The notes under the pieces are model-generated. The model searched no databases. It saw only the letters and a program-made list of their open reading frames with translations, and was not told where the DNA came from. This document shows positions 20,160 to 30,339 of a stretch of DNA of 51,977 nucleotides, piece by piece (position 1 is the first letter of the stretch; each line of letters begins with the position of its first letter). Made by a program: the position numbers and the translations under genes. The DNA comes from Candidatus Adlerbacteria bacterium RIFCSPLOWO2_01_FULL_51_16 (GTDB taxonomy: Bacteria; Patescibacteriota; Minisyncoccia; Phycocordibacterales; SBAW01), in NCBI GenBank assembly GCA_001775485.1, contig MEWX01000026.1, positions 1 to 51,977 on the forward strand, read 5' to 3'.

Positions 20160-20864
20160 CTATTTTCTAAAACGCATATGCCAAGGAGCAAGGACCGCTT
20201 CCCCTATGACACCACTGGACATCTTTGAAGCTCCCTGGTGCCTGTCCTCGAGAAGAACGGGAATTTCTACAATCCGTGCACCCTTTTTCCATAACCTATG
20301 TTTGATCTCCATCATAAACGCGTGCCCCCGGGCATTGATATCCTGCAGATGGGCTTCGCGCATAAAACTCGCGCGCATCAAGATAAAGCCCGCAGTGCAA
20401 TCATTGATTGGCATACCGGTGATGGTGCGGCAATAGCGGTTGGCAAACCGGCTTAAAAGACGCCGCCACAAGACCCAACCCACCGTGCCGCCGCCTGTGA
20501 CATAGCGCGACCCGATAACCACGTCGGCTTTGTGCGAGGCGGCAATCATTTGCGGCAAGTATTTCGGATCGTGTGAGAAGTCGGCATCGAGCATCTGCAC
20601 CCACTCAACTTCCTGATCTTTCAGCACCTCGTCAAACGCATTGAGGTACGCTTTGCCTAAGCCCTCTTTGCCCTTGCGGGACAGAAGTTTTATATGAACA
20701 TCACCCGCTATGAGCGAGCGCACAATGCCTGCCGTACCATCCGGCGAGTTGTCATCGACAACAAGTATATCAATCGTCGGCTCAAACTCGCGCACGCGCG
20801 CAATAATAGGCGCAATATTTTGCGCCTCATTGTAGGTGGGGATTATAACCACAATTTTTTGCAT
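20160..20864 (-). CDS. Polyprenol-monophosphomannose synthase (DPM1-like GT2)
   Basis: IPTYNE, VDDNSPDGT, GLGKAY, DADFSHDP, GSRY, DCTAGF, GASKM. Start trimmed to 20864. Confidence 0.9.
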   Translation of the reverse strand: MQKIVVIIPTYNEAQNIAPIIARVREFEPTIDILVVDDNSPDGTAGIVRSLIAGDVHIKLLSRKGKEGLGKAYLNAFDEVLKDQEVEWVQMLDADFSHDPKYLPQMIAASHKADVVIGSRYVTGGGTVGWVLWRRLLSRFANRYCRTITGMPINDCTAGFILMRASFMREAHLQDINARGHAFMMEIKHRLWKKGARIVEIPVLLEDRHQGASKMSSGVIGEAVLAPWHMRFRK

Positions 20865-20932
20865 GTCTGTATACTGAAAATACAGCATTATAGCTTGCGG
20901 CGCAACGATAAAAAGAGTATGATTTTCCTGTT

Positions 20933-22189
20933 ATGAAGCGCGTTACCTGCCGTATTTCAGGCGAACTACTTGTAGAACTTTTTTCACTTGGCGACTTATA
21001 CATATCTGATTTTCTTCCCAAAGACAGTTCCCCCAGTTCAGCAAAAGTCCCCTTGACCATGATGCTTGCTCCAAAATCGGGATTGGTACAGCTTGCCCAC
21101 ACGGCATCCTTTGACGATATGTACAAGCAATACTGGTACCGCTCGGGTACAAACGAGTCAATGGTCGAAGAATTGAAGCAGATTGCAACGTCTTCAGTAA
21201 AACTCATGAATATGAAACCGGGCGACATATTTGTCGATATCGCCTGCAATGATGGAACACAATTCTCCTTTGTCGACCCGAGTATCGTCCGTATCGGTTT
21301 TGACCCAGCAAAAAATACATATAAAGAGGCAGACAAGACGCGATTTGATCTCTTTGTGAATGATTATTTCTCCGCAAAAGCATACCGCGAATCAAAATGG
21401 GGCTCAAAGAAAGCAAAAGTCATAACAACGATTGCAATGTTCTATGACCTGGAGGACCCGCACGTATTTGTTGAAGATGTAAAAGAAATTATGGACGACA
21501 ACGGGTTGTGGGTAGTGCAGATGAGTTATTTGCCGCTGATGTTAAAACAACTCGCATTTGATAATATTTGCCACGAGCACTTGGAGTACTACACGCTCCA
21601 ATCCTTTAAATACCTGCTCGACCAGCACGACATGCAAATAGTCGATTGCCAGCTCAACGACGTTAACGGCGGGAGTTTCCGCGTGTATATACGGAAAAAC
21701 AAAGCAGATCCCACAATCTTTGCGACCGCCCCCTATCGAGATGTTGCCAGGTACCGTGTCGAGTCAATTCTTACGCACGAAGAGACGCTCAAACTTAAAG
21801 ACCCGAAAACCTTTTTGAAGTTTTATAAAGACGCGTGCGACTTGCGCGACAAAACACTTGCCTTTATGAAGGCCGAGAAAGCGAAGGGTAAAAAAATTTG
21901 GGCCTACGGCGCATCAACCAAGGGCAACACTCTTTTGCAGTGGTGGGGCATCGACAATACGTTGCTTGACGGTATTGCCGAACGCCAGCCGATGAAATAC
22001 GGTCTCAAGACGGTCGGCACCAATATTCCTATTTTCTCCGACGAAGAGATGCGCAAAGCGGAGCCCGACTACTTGCTGGTACTGCCCTGGCATTTTATAG
22101 AATCTTTTGTGCGACGCGAACAGGAATTTCTAAACCGGGGAGGTAAATTCATTCTCCCCTGTCCCCATTTTGAAGTGATTGGGAAATAG
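20933..22189 (+). CDS. NDP-hexose C-methyltransferase family protein
   Basis: YWYRSG, DIACNDG, AMFYDL, FDNICHEHLEYY, GGSFR, YGASTKGNTLL, LVLPWHF, GGKFILPCP. Confidence 0.88.
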   Translation: MKRVTCRISGELLVELFSLGDLYISDFLPKDSSPSSAKVPLTMMLAPKSGLVQLAHTASFDDMYKQYWYRSGTNESMVEELKQIATSSVKLMNMKPGDIFVDIACNDGTQFSFVDPSIVRIGFDPAKNTYKEADKTRFDLFVNDYFSAKAYRESKWGSKKAKVITTIAMFYDLEDPHVFVEDVKEIMDDNGLWVVQMSYLPLMLKQLAFDNICHEHLEYYTLQSFKYLLDQHDMQIVDCQLNDVNGGSFRVYIRKNKADPTIFATAPYRDVARYRVESILTHEETLKLKDPKTFLKFYKDACDLRDKTLAFMKAEKAKGKKIWAYGASTKGNTLLQWWGIDNTLLDGIAERQPMKYGLKTVGTNIPIFSDEEMRKAEPDYLLVLPWHFIESFVRREQEFLNRGGKFILPCPHFEVIGK

Positions 22190-22846
22190 TTATTGGTCTT
22201 TCAGTTTCCGCATCTCAAGAAATACAATCCCCAAAGGAAGCGGTTGGAGTAAAAATACACGCGAGTGCGGAGTGATTGCCTTGCCTACCTCGAGCAGTTC
22301 TTTGCGATCAAAAAAGCGCTGCTCTGTCCACGGCCAAAAGCGGCGAAGCATTGTAGGGCGGGTACTTTTGTACCAGAGTGTGTGATAGGAGTATTTATAC
22401 GGGACACTAATGAGCGCCACACCGCCCGGAGCAAGTGCCTTATAGTGTTCGCGCGCGACACTCGTTGAATCCTCAAAATGTTCAATGAGCCCCTGACTCC
22501 AGACAAAATCAAACTTCTCTTGCAGATTGAGTTTCGTACAGTCATCCACTACAAACCGTGCGTTTGCAATGTTATGTTGTAGTGCATATTCGGTCGCTTG
22601 CCGCACCGCAACATCTGAAATGTCTACGCCCAAAAGGTTTTTTAATTCAGGAGCCAGAGAAAGCGAGAGAGACGCACGGCCGCAGCCCAATTCAAGCATC
22701 CGGGTTTCGCGGGTTATATACCGGCGATGTATCCGACGGAAGAATATATTGTATGTCGAGCGGCCGAGGTCGATGACTTTATCCAGCATCCCCCGCCGCT
22801 CCCAGATTTTTTGCCACTCCTCTGTCTGTTCGGTACTTTTTTGCAT
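22190..22846 (-). CDS. Class I SAM-dependent methyltransferase (opposite strand to its neighbours)
   Basis: LELGCG, GVDIS, FDFVWSQGLIEH, LAPGG...VP. Confidence 0.85.
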   Translation of the reverse strand: MQKSTEQTEEWQKIWERRGMLDKVIDLGRSTYNIFFRRIHRRYITRETRMLELGCGRASLSLSLAPELKNLLGVDISDVAVRQATEYALQHNIANARFVVDDCTKLNLQEKFDFVWSQGLIEHFEDSTSVAREHYKALAPGGVALISVPYKYSYHTLWYKSTRPTMLRRFWPWTEQRFFDRKELLEVGKAITPHSRVFLLQPLPLGIVFLEMRKLKDQ

Positions 22847-22886
22847 CTAGCCAGTATAACGGTCCGCATCCGCTTTCGCCATCAGC

Positions 22887-23012
22887 GTTGAGCGCCAACT
22901 GATAAAGTACGGCCTTAAAACCAATCGTTTGTGCTACACGAAAATGAATTTTTGGATAGGGGGCGGAAAATTTATTGTCCCTTGCCCCCGCTCCAAGGTT
23001 ATAGGAAAATAA
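22887..23012 (+). pseudogene. Relic 3' end of a C-methyltransferase allele
   Basis: Reads VERQLIKYGLKT / SFVLHENEFLDRG (frameshift) GKFIVPCPRSKVIGK*, compared with AERQPMKYGLKT...ESFVRREQEFLNRGGKFILPCPHFEVIGK* of 20933-22189. Confidence 0.85.
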
Positions 23013-23016
23013 CACC

Positions 23017-23712
23017 ATGCAAGCGGTTATTTTGGCCGGAGGATTGGGCAACCGACTTCGGCCTATTACGCTTGAGATCCCCAAACCATTGGTACCGGTC
23101 AAAAAAAGACCTATACTTAACCACCATGTCGCATTTCTTATTAATGGAGGGGTTGAGGAAATTTTTGTCATTGTGAATATTGCAGAGGCAGCAGACTACG
23201 ATCGGTGGATAAAAACATGGAGCGACGAGCCGTGGATGGCTCGAGTGCGGGTTGTATATGAGAAAGAAAGTAGAGGGACATTTGGCTCCCTGCAAACAGT
23301 GCTTCCCATGCTTAATAAAGAGCGGCTCATAATAAGCAATGGCGATAGCCTGATGGATTTCGATATGCAGGAGCTAATACGCTCACACACCCAAGGCGGA
23401 ACATTAGTGACTACTGCACTTGGCACGACAGAGGACCCGTACGAGTACGGGGTAGCGATTATACAAGATGGACGGATTGAGCGATTTACAAAGAACCCCG
23501 CAGAGCCGAATAGTGGACACATTTCCATGGGACTCTATGTCGTAGAACCTGCTGTCCTGGAATTACTTGAGGACCGTATCCAAAGTTTTGAATATGATGT
23601 ATTGACCGCGCTATCCTTGCAAAAAGAGAATAATGGTGGTATAATGAAAAACAGTCGGTTCTACGAGTGCGGGACTCTCTCCCGTTGGGAACGAGCCATT
23701 AAGGAGTGGTAA
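23017..23712 (+). CDS. Sugar-phosphate nucleotidyltransferase (HddC/mannose-1-P guanylyltransferase-like)
   Basis: ILAGGLGNRLRP..PKPL, RGTFG, NGDS, YGV, GLYV. Confidence 0.85.
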   Translation: MQAVILAGGLGNRLRPITLEIPKPLVPVKKRPILNHHVAFLINGGVEEIFVIVNIAEAADYDRWIKTWSDEPWMARVRVVYEKESRGTFGSLQTVLPMLNKERLIISNGDSLMDFDMQELIRSHTQGGTLVTTALGTTEDPYEYGVAIIQDGRIERFTKNPAEPNSGHISMGLYVVEPAVLELLEDRIQSFEYDVLTALSLQKENNGGIMKNSRFYECGTLSRWERAIKEW

Positions 23713-24387
23713 ATGGACAGCGCATCGCGGGAGAAGACCCGCTATTTCTCGAAATTCGCGCTCGCCCACCTGCGGGAGATGCGAATTCTTAAAGCAGGAA
23801 AGATCCTCGGACCTGAAAGCGAAGGCTGGCGAAATGTTGCCCAGCATTGCCTAGCGGAGGCAGTCGGCGCGGATATACTGGCCGAACACCTTGGAGCAGA
23901 CCGGAGCAAGGTCGTGCGCGGAACATTACTCCACGACTGGTACAAGCGCGGCGAGATTGCGGCGCGGCGCGAGCACGGTGGAATGAAAGGGTACCTTCTT
24001 TCCTCTGCGGAGGACGAGCAATTGTTGGTACGGTTCGGGGTCACGGAGGATATCATTCGCATCGCTCACGCAAATATCCCCGAGACAGAGGATCTAGGTC
24101 GTCTTGCACAACGTCCGTTGGAGGAAAAGATCATGCACTTTATGGACATGATCACCGACCAATCCTCATTCATTGAGTCCGAGGAGCGGCTGCAGAAAGT
24201 CGAGAGAAATCCTATGACCCTGGAGTTTCTCGAATCCTTTAGGCCTAGGTATGGCGGCAAGCACCTCAATGAGATCCAACGAGAGGTGCTCACGCTCGAG
24301 CAGGCGGAGTTCGAGTCCATACTCGGCATCGAGCATGGCACGCTTGTTCCCTTTCTCAACCATGAAGTGCAAAAGAGAATAGGATGA
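23713..24387 (+). CDS. HD-domain protein
   Basis: H(C)...LLHDWYK...H...D pattern. Confidence 0.7.
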   Translation: MDSASREKTRYFSKFALAHLREMRILKAGKILGPESEGWRNVAQHCLAEAVGADILAEHLGADRSKVVRGTLLHDWYKRGEIAARREHGGMKGYLLSSAEDEQLLVRFGVTEDIIRIAHANIPETEDLGRLAQRPLEEKIMHFMDMITDQSSFIESEERLQKVERNPMTLEFLESFRPRYGGKHLNEIQREVLTLEQAEFESILGIEHGTLVPFLNHEVQKRIG

Positions 24388-24412
24388 GCGCACCGAGACC
24401 GGTTCCACTCAT

Positions 24413-24449
24413 AGCCGTCGCAGGGAGTTTACTCTTTGCGACGGTTTTT
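24413..24449. terminator. Hairpin terminator between convergent genes
   Basis: gccgtcgcagggag-ttta-ctctttgcgacggt followed by Ts. Confidence 0.7.
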
Positions 24450-25386
24450 ATTTTTCTAAATCGGCTTTGACCATCATTTCGACTAATTGTAAGAACGGGA
24501 CTTCGGGCCGCCAATTGAGATCTTTTTTTATTTTATTGTTCTCACCAAAGAATATTTTGCCTTCGCTTGGACGGTAAAATTCTTTTGAAACCTTCACGAT
24601 GACCCGTCCGTCTTCGGTCTTCCCGATTTCATTGATCCCCGTCCCGCTCCACGCAAGTTTCATACCAAGTGCTTGTGCCGCCGCTTCGACAAACTCTCGC
24701 ACGGTATGAACTTCCCCTGTAGCGATTACATAATCATTCGGTGCCTTTGCCTGAAGCATCAAATACATCGCGCGTACATAGTCACCTGCAAAACCCCAGT
24801 CACGTTTAGTGTCTAAGTTCCCGAGCGTCAGACAATCAAGTGTCCCTTTTTTAATTTTTGCGAGAGAGGAGGTAATTTTACGTGTGACAAAACGTTCGTG
24901 GCGGCGAGGCGACTCATGGTTATAAAGAATGCCGGAGACCGCAAATATTCCATGATTCTTTCGATAGCCCTCTATCGCTTGATGTGCAAGGAGTTTGCCG
25001 TATGCATAGGGTTTTTTAGGATGAAAGGGTGTTTGCTCATTCTGCGGACTTTCTACCGGCTCTCCGTACATCTCTGCCGAAGACGCTTGGAAGAAACGCG
25101 TCTTCGGTGAAAGAGAGCGAACTGCTTGAAGAAACAATAGCGGCACTTCCCCACAACTTCTCACCGTTCCTATTGGGTCTTCCCACGGATCTTGAACGGT
25201 CGAAACAGAAGCGAGATTATATATTTCATCAAATTTTTTTGAAACAAGGTTACTTATAAACAAAGGATCGAGCAGGTCGCCATCACTTCGGTCAACGCCG
25301 TGTACCTCGTACCCCTTCTCCGTAAGGAACTCCGCTAAGTAGGAGCCGTCTTGCCCAGCGACCCCCGTTATGAGTGCTTTTTTCAT
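24448..25386 (-). CDS. gmd: GDP-mannose 4,6-dehydratase-like protein (short paralogue)
   Basis: TGVAGQDGSYL, QASSAE, YAYGK, NHESPRR, FVTRKI, RDWG. Confidence 0.8.
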   Translation of the reverse strand: MKKALITGVAGQDGSYLAEFLTEKGYEVHGVDRSDGDLLDPLFISNLVSKKFDEIYNLASVSTVQDPWEDPIGTVRSCGEVPLLFLQAVRSLSPKTRFFQASSAEMYGEPVESPQNEQTPFHPKKPYAYGKLLAHQAIEGYRKNHGIFAVSGILYNHESPRRHERFVTRKITSSLAKIKKGTLDCLTLGNLDTKRDWGFAGDYVRAMYLMLQAKAPNDYVIATGEVHTVREFVEAAAQALGMKLAWSGTGINEIGKTEDGRVIVKVSKEFYRPSEGKIFFGENNKIKKDLNWRPEVPFLQLVEMMVKADLEK

Positions 25387-26420
25387 TATTTATTACGCTT
25401 GGCCAATTCAGCGGAAACCATAATCCTTATCAGCTCTTTAAAAGTAGTTTTTGGCTTCCACTTCAATTCTCTGCGGGCCTTTGAGGCGTCCCCACGGAGA
25501 TACGCGACCTCATTGGGGCGGAAGTAATACGGGTCGATCCCTATGAGAGTTCTGCCGGTTTTTGCGTCAATGCCGCGCTCTTTTCTTCCTTTGCCTCTCC
25601 ACACGATAGTGATGCCTAGGCACTTGAACACTTCCTCGACTAATTCTCGGATTGAGTGCGTCTTCCCGGTGGCGATAACGTAGTCCTTGGGTTTTTTCCT
25701 CTGCAACATGCGCCATGTCGCCTCCATGTACTCCGGCGCATATCCCCAGTCGCGCTTGGCATCGAGATTGCCGAGTGTAATCTTCTGTCGAGATCCTAAA
25801 CTTACTCCGACCGCTCCCATAACTACTTTGCGGGTTACAAAGTTTTCGCCGCGACGCGGGCTCTCGTGATTAAAAAGGATCCCGTTAACCACAAACATGC
25901 CGTAACTTTCGCGGTAGATGCGGGCTATCTCTGCGGCATACAACTTAGCAACACCGTAGGGACTGCGGGGATGAAATGGCGTTTTTTCGTTTTGGGGAGC
26001 TTCTTCTTTGTCGCCGCTGTAGAGTTCGGACGTTGATGCCTGATATATCTTTGCCTTTGGAGAGACAGTGCGCACGGCCTCAAGGAGCGTGAGTACTCCT
26101 ATGGCATCGGATTGCGCCGTATAAAACGGTATATCAAACGACACGTGTACATGCGACTGTGCCGCGAGATTATACACTTCATGGGGTTTCACCCGGCGGA
26201 GTGTTGATATGAGAGAATGCATATCTGTCATATCTCCGTAATGGAGAAAAATCTTTTTGGAATATTTACTTTTGTGTAGATGCTCAATATTGTGCCGGTT
26301 AAAGGTGCTTGTGCGGCGGACAAGACCGTGGACCTCGTATCCTTTCTCGAGCAGAAGCTCCGCCAAATAGGAACCGTCTTGCCCGGTAATACCTGTGATG
26401 AGTGCTCGTTTTTTTGCCAT
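25386..26420 (-). CDS. gmd: GDP-mannose 4,6-dehydratase
   Basis: [52 protein letters not shown]. Confidence 0.95.
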   Translation of the reverse strand: MAKKRALITGITGQDGSYLAELLLEKGYEVHGLVRRTSTFNRHNIEHLHKSKYSKKIFLHYGDMTDMHSLISTLRRVKPHEVYNLAAQSHVHVSFDIPFYTAQSDAIGVLTLLEAVRTVSPKAKIYQASTSELYSGDKEEAPQNEKTPFHPRSPYGVAKLYAAEIARIYRESYGMFVVNGILFNHESPRRGENFVTRKVVMGAVGVSLGSRQKITLGNLDAKRDWGYAPEYMEATWRMLQRKKPKDYVIATGKTHSIRELVEEVFKCLGITIVWRGKGRKERGIDAKTGRTLIGIDPYYFRPNEVAYLRGDASKARRELKWKPKTTFKELIRIMVSAELAKRNK

Positions 26421-26449
26421 AAGAAGCTACAGTAACAGAAAAAAATAAT

Positions 26450-27589
26450 TTACGAAAGCTTGATAAAAGAAAGAATTCTTTTCGTCCGCTCGTCCCAGCT
26501 GTACGCAAGGACATCTCTTTTTGCCTGACGCGCGAACTCTTGCGCACGCTCCGGATGCTTGAGCAGTTCTTCTATCGCTTGTGCAAGTGCGCTCGGATTA
26601 TCGGGAGGCACGAGCACTGCATTTTTTTCATTGAGCACCTCGCGTATGGTCGGTAAATCGGAGGCAATAATGGGTCGCCCGCCCGCCATATATTCAAACA
26701 TCTTCACCGGAGACATGTTGCTTCGGTAATGCGGTGTGTCGGGAAACGGCATGAGGGCTATGTCCGCTGCCCGCTGATACAGCGCAAGCGTTGCTTGAGG
26801 TGCAAAGCCCTTTAAGATAACTCTCGACTCAACGTGGAGGTTTTTTGCCTCTTCTGTATACCGCGCAAGATCTTTTTCACTACCCCCCACCGCGACAAAC
26901 AGTACCTTGGGAATATGCGAGAGTGAGCGTAGGATATCGCTGATGCCTTTGTCCTCCCCCATCGTGGTGAAGTTGCCGCTGTAGAGAATAATGGGCGAAT
27001 CAGGCGGGAGTTTGAGTGATTGCCGCGCAGTGTCCTGGGGCGTATCAAGAGCGAAGGTGGCGAGTTCAACGCCGCTTGGCTCAACTTGTATACGCTCCCC
27101 CTTAAATCCCGCTGAGATGAATTTTTGCCGGAGCGCTTGTGAGATGGTGATGATGCCTTTTGCCCGGCGCGCAAGCCAAAAATACATTCTCTGTTTTGCA
27201 AACACATGGTGACACTCCAAAACACTGGGGATGCCGAGTACGGTGAACAAAAGGAACGGCGTGTCACGCGTATAGATAACCGTATCCTTCTTTTTTGTCC
27301 GCGCCAGCAGAAAAAAGACACTTATATAAAAGGTGGTATAGGCAATAAAAAACGCAAGACGGCTCGATGAAAAGCGCAATGCATCGAGTGTCGGCATATA
27401 ATGGACATCAAAAGTGCGCGCAACTCCATAGGTCTCAAATAAATTCTTTTCAAACTGTGTTTTGCGGCGCGGCAATACGAGCGTTACTGTCGCACCCGCC
27501 TTGGCAAACGCTTCGCATCCCTTAACTATAGTGAGCCCGTGCGCTTTTTCTGTCGGGATCCGCGCGTTTGCTATGTAAAAAATTTTCAT
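26450..27589 (-). CDS. GT4 glycosyltransferase
   Basis: ARIPTEKAH, DKG, SPVKMFEYMAGGRPII. Confidence 0.88.
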   Translation of the reverse strand: MKIFYIANARIPTEKAHGLTIVKGCEAFAKAGATVTLVLPRRKTQFEKNLFETYGVARTFDVHYMPTLDALRFSSSRLAFFIAYTTFYISVFFLLARTKKKDTVIYTRDTPFLLFTVLGIPSVLECHHVFAKQRMYFWLARRAKGIITISQALRQKFISAGFKGERIQVEPSGVELATFALDTPQDTARQSLKLPPDSPIILYSGNFTTMGEDKGISDILRSLSHIPKVLFVAVGGSEKDLARYTEEAKNLHVESRVILKGFAPQATLALYQRAADIALMPFPDTPHYRSNMSPVKMFEYMAGGRPIIASDLPTIREVLNEKNAVLVPPDNPSALAQAIEELLKHPERAQEFARQAKRDVLAYSWDERTKRILSFIKLS

Positions 27590-28020
27590 AGGAATTTTTG
27601 GTCTTTGAACACCAAAAACTTATAGCCCATAAAATTGCCACAGACCGATATCGGAATCGTAATAAGCACCGCTATGTTTGCCCACAAATGCGGGGAGATG
27701 CCTTGAGGTGCCCCGATGCCGTTTACTAACAACGAAATGACCCCCACGTTTACAAGAGCGACCGTGCCGGTAAGCACAAAAAAACGAATATACTCTTTGT
27801 GCGCCAAAGCGCGGTCGTGCGAATTAAATACAAAATATTTATTCCAAAAAAAGGAATGCGTGATAACAACGGCAAAAGTGACGGCAGAAAAAAGCGTGAC
27901 TAAGAGGCCCTGTGTAACGCCGGAGACAAAAATAAAAAAGTTGAATATACCGAAGCTCAACAGGGTATTGAGCACGCCTATCGCTCCGTAACGTATAAAC
28001 TGATAGAGGTGGTGTTTCAT
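27586..28020 (-). CDS. GtrA-family flippase
   Basis: QFIRYGAIGVLNT, SFFWNKYFVF, NFMGYKFLVF; four TM segments. Confidence 0.88.
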   Translation of the reverse strand: MKHHLYQFIRYGAIGVLNTLLSFGIFNFFIFVSGVTQGLLVTLFSAVTFAVVITHSFFWNKYFVFNSHDRALAHKEYIRFFVLTGTVALVNVGVISLLVNGIGAPQGISPHLWANIAVLITIPISVCGNFMGYKFLVFKDQKFL

Positions 28021-28199
28021 CCTAGAGGTTTTTGGGTATCAGGCTATAGCGTGACCATACTGTCCTGCTTATAACACTCGAAAAGTCCGGAACGTTCCTT
28101 GTACATACGTAGCGTTAAGAGAACTTCTATAAAATGTGTCGTCAGTGTATACCAAGTTGCTTCCCCGGGCAAAGAATATACGGTATAACATACACAATA

Positions 28200-29660
28200 A
28201 TGTCAACGATTTTTGCACGATTCTACCCATGGCTGTCAGCACATTATGTGATCATCGTGGTATCTTGTGCCTTCTTGTTTCTTAACTTTTTTTCGATCCG
28301 CACACTGACAACACAGCCGGCATTTTGGTACGACGAGGGCATCAATGTTGAACTTGCGAGAAACTTTGCCTCTTCCGGAAATCTCGACATTATCGTCGCA
28401 CCCAACACCTTCTCACAGGAAGGTGCATTTTTAGGGTCGACAGGATACACGACAACCGTACCACTCGCGTGGTTTTACCGACTGTTTGGGTTTGGGCTCG
28501 AGCAATCGCGCTTGTATATGCTTTTGTGGATGAACTTGCTCTTGTTGACGGTTTTTTTGTTTGCGAAAAAGCAGTGGGGCGACTGGATAGCGGTGTGCAC
28601 GACAATCTTTTTTGTCACCTACCCTCCATTCTACGGCAACGGCCGGAGTGTCATGGGCGAAATACCCGGATTTTTCTTCCTACTGCTGTCGCTACAATTT
28701 TTTATAGAGAAGCGATCCACTGCGCTCGTAGGCTTACTCGCAGGGCTTGCCGCTGTCAGCAAACCATCAGTGTTCGTATTTGTACTACCGGCATATGCAC
28801 TACTGTGTCTTTTTGAAAAAAAATCAATTATAGAGTCGGTAAAAAAAATATTCTTTTTGGGTCTTGGGTCCGTCGCAGCGATCATTCCTTGGATTATCTT
28901 GTACCGCGACTATGCTCTCAGTGGTAGCACCTGGCAAAGACTTGCGGAGTTTTTTGCAAACCCTTATGCATCCGCCGGTTATTCAGTGCTCGAAAATATC
29001 CAGAAAAATCTTGGCACTTTCTTTTTTACAGGAACACTGCTGTATATGCTTGCTATTGCGGCGTGTATAGCCACAGCGGCATACCTCAAGCCGGAGTGGC
29101 GTCTGGGTAATCGCACCCTGTTGCTGTTCACACTCTTGTATAGTCCCGGTGCCCTGTTCTATTACCTGAAAAGCTTTGGTTACCTGCGCTATCTTATCGC
29201 TACCCAGTTTTTACTGCTATTGCTCGTTATTCCTGCGCTTGTTGCATTGATAGAAACTATGCGTCCAAAAATCAAGAACGGTCTGCTTATTATCGGCGTT
29301 AGTGCATTGTTGCTTTTTCAAGGCGTGTATTTGTTTACCGGCGCAAAATTATTTTACTCAAACCAAGTACAAACTGCGATTACTCATGTAGAGTCTCTTT
29401 TCCCAAATTCAACATACGGGGTGATTAACGTCCCTCCCATAGCAAGCTTGCTGCCCGCTGATAGAAAATATAATTTCATTTCAACCTACGGGGTCAAAGG
29501 CACCGGCGTCAATTTTACACTGCTACCGGAGGCGGAGTTGCCTGAAATCGCATTTATTAACGATAAAAATGACCCCGCTCTTGCTCCCCTCTTTGCGCGC
29601 CGCTACATACCACTTGAAGAAAACCCTACAGGCATAAAGATTTATAGATTGCAGAAATAG
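28200..29660 (+). CDS. GT-C glycosyltransferase (GT39/ArnT-like)
   Basis: WYDEG loop motif, multiple TM segments, MGE..., SKP, RYL. Start trimmed to ATG 28200. Confidence 0.75.
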   Translation: MSTIFARFYPWLSAHYVIIVVSCAFLFLNFFSIRTLTTQPAFWYDEGINVELARNFASSGNLDIIVAPNTFSQEGAFLGSTGYTTTVPLAWFYRLFGFGLEQSRLYMLLWMNLLLLTVFLFAKKQWGDWIAVCTTIFFVTYPPFYGNGRSVMGEIPGFFFLLLSLQFFIEKRSTALVGLLAGLAAVSKPSVFVFVLPAYALLCLFEKKSIIESVKKIFFLGLGSVAAIIPWIILYRDYALSGSTWQRLAEFFANPYASAGYSVLENIQKNLGTFFFTGTLLYMLAIAACIATAAYLKPEWRLGNRTLLLFTLLYSPGALFYYLKSFGYLRYLIATQFLLLLLVIPALVALIETMRPKIKNGLLIIGVSALLLFQGVYLFTGAKLFYSNQVQTAITHVESLFPNSTYGVINVPPIASLLPADRKYNFISTYGVKGTGVNFTLLPEAELPEIAFINDKNDPALAPLFARRYIPLEENPTGIKIYRLQK

Positions 29661-29679
29661 CTGATACACTCAAGAAAAT

Positions 29680-30318
29680 ATGTCGGTTATTCGATTGTTA
29701 AGTTATCTACCGATAGATCTCGGCCAGGGTCAATACAAGCATTCGACAAAGGCGAAGCAAATTGCCTGGGAAAATGTTCCGCGCGCACGTGCCGGCGCGA
29801 CGGCACTCGATATTGGCTGCGGAGATGGATATTGGTCGGAGATGCTCAAAAGTAAGGGCTATGCGGTGACCTCTATCGATATCCCCAACGACCATTACCC
29901 GAATGTCGATGCCGATGCCCCATACGCACACATGATAGAGATGAATGCAAACGAAAAGCTCGCATTGCCTGGCGCGTCTTTTGATATTGTGTGGTCAACC
30001 GAGGTTGTGGAGCATCTTACCGGCTACCGCACAACGCTTGCGGAGATCCAACGCTTATTAAAACCCGGAGGGCAAGCAGTGCTTACAACGCCGAACTCTT
30101 ACTTTTGGCTGCATTATTTTCTAAAACTATTCGGGATGCGCAACGAGGATTGGCAAAACGAAGGTCACGTAAACTTTTTCTCTATCGACGATATTAAAAC
30201 TTTTTTCCCATCGCTAAAGATGTACGGCTACTTCTTTTATCTACCTCTCATGAAGTTCCGGATCTCCCGCGGCATATCACTCCTTTCGCCTTCATTTGTC
30301 ATTATCTATAAAAAGTAA
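29680..30318 (+). CDS. Class I SAM-dependent methyltransferase
   Basis: LDIGCGDG, FDIVWSTEVVEHL, LKPGG...TTPN. Confidence 0.88.
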   Translation: MSVIRLLSYLPIDLGQGQYKHSTKAKQIAWENVPRARAGATALDIGCGDGYWSEMLKSKGYAVTSIDIPNDHYPNVDADAPYAHMIEMNANEKLALPGASFDIVWSTEVVEHLTGYRTTLAEIQRLLKPGGQAVLTTPNSYFWLHYFLKLFGMRNEDWQNEGHVNFFSIDDIKTFFPSLKMYGYFFYLPLMKFRISRGISLLSPSFVIIYKK

Positions 30319-30339
30319 AAGTCGTTCGACAGTCCATGT

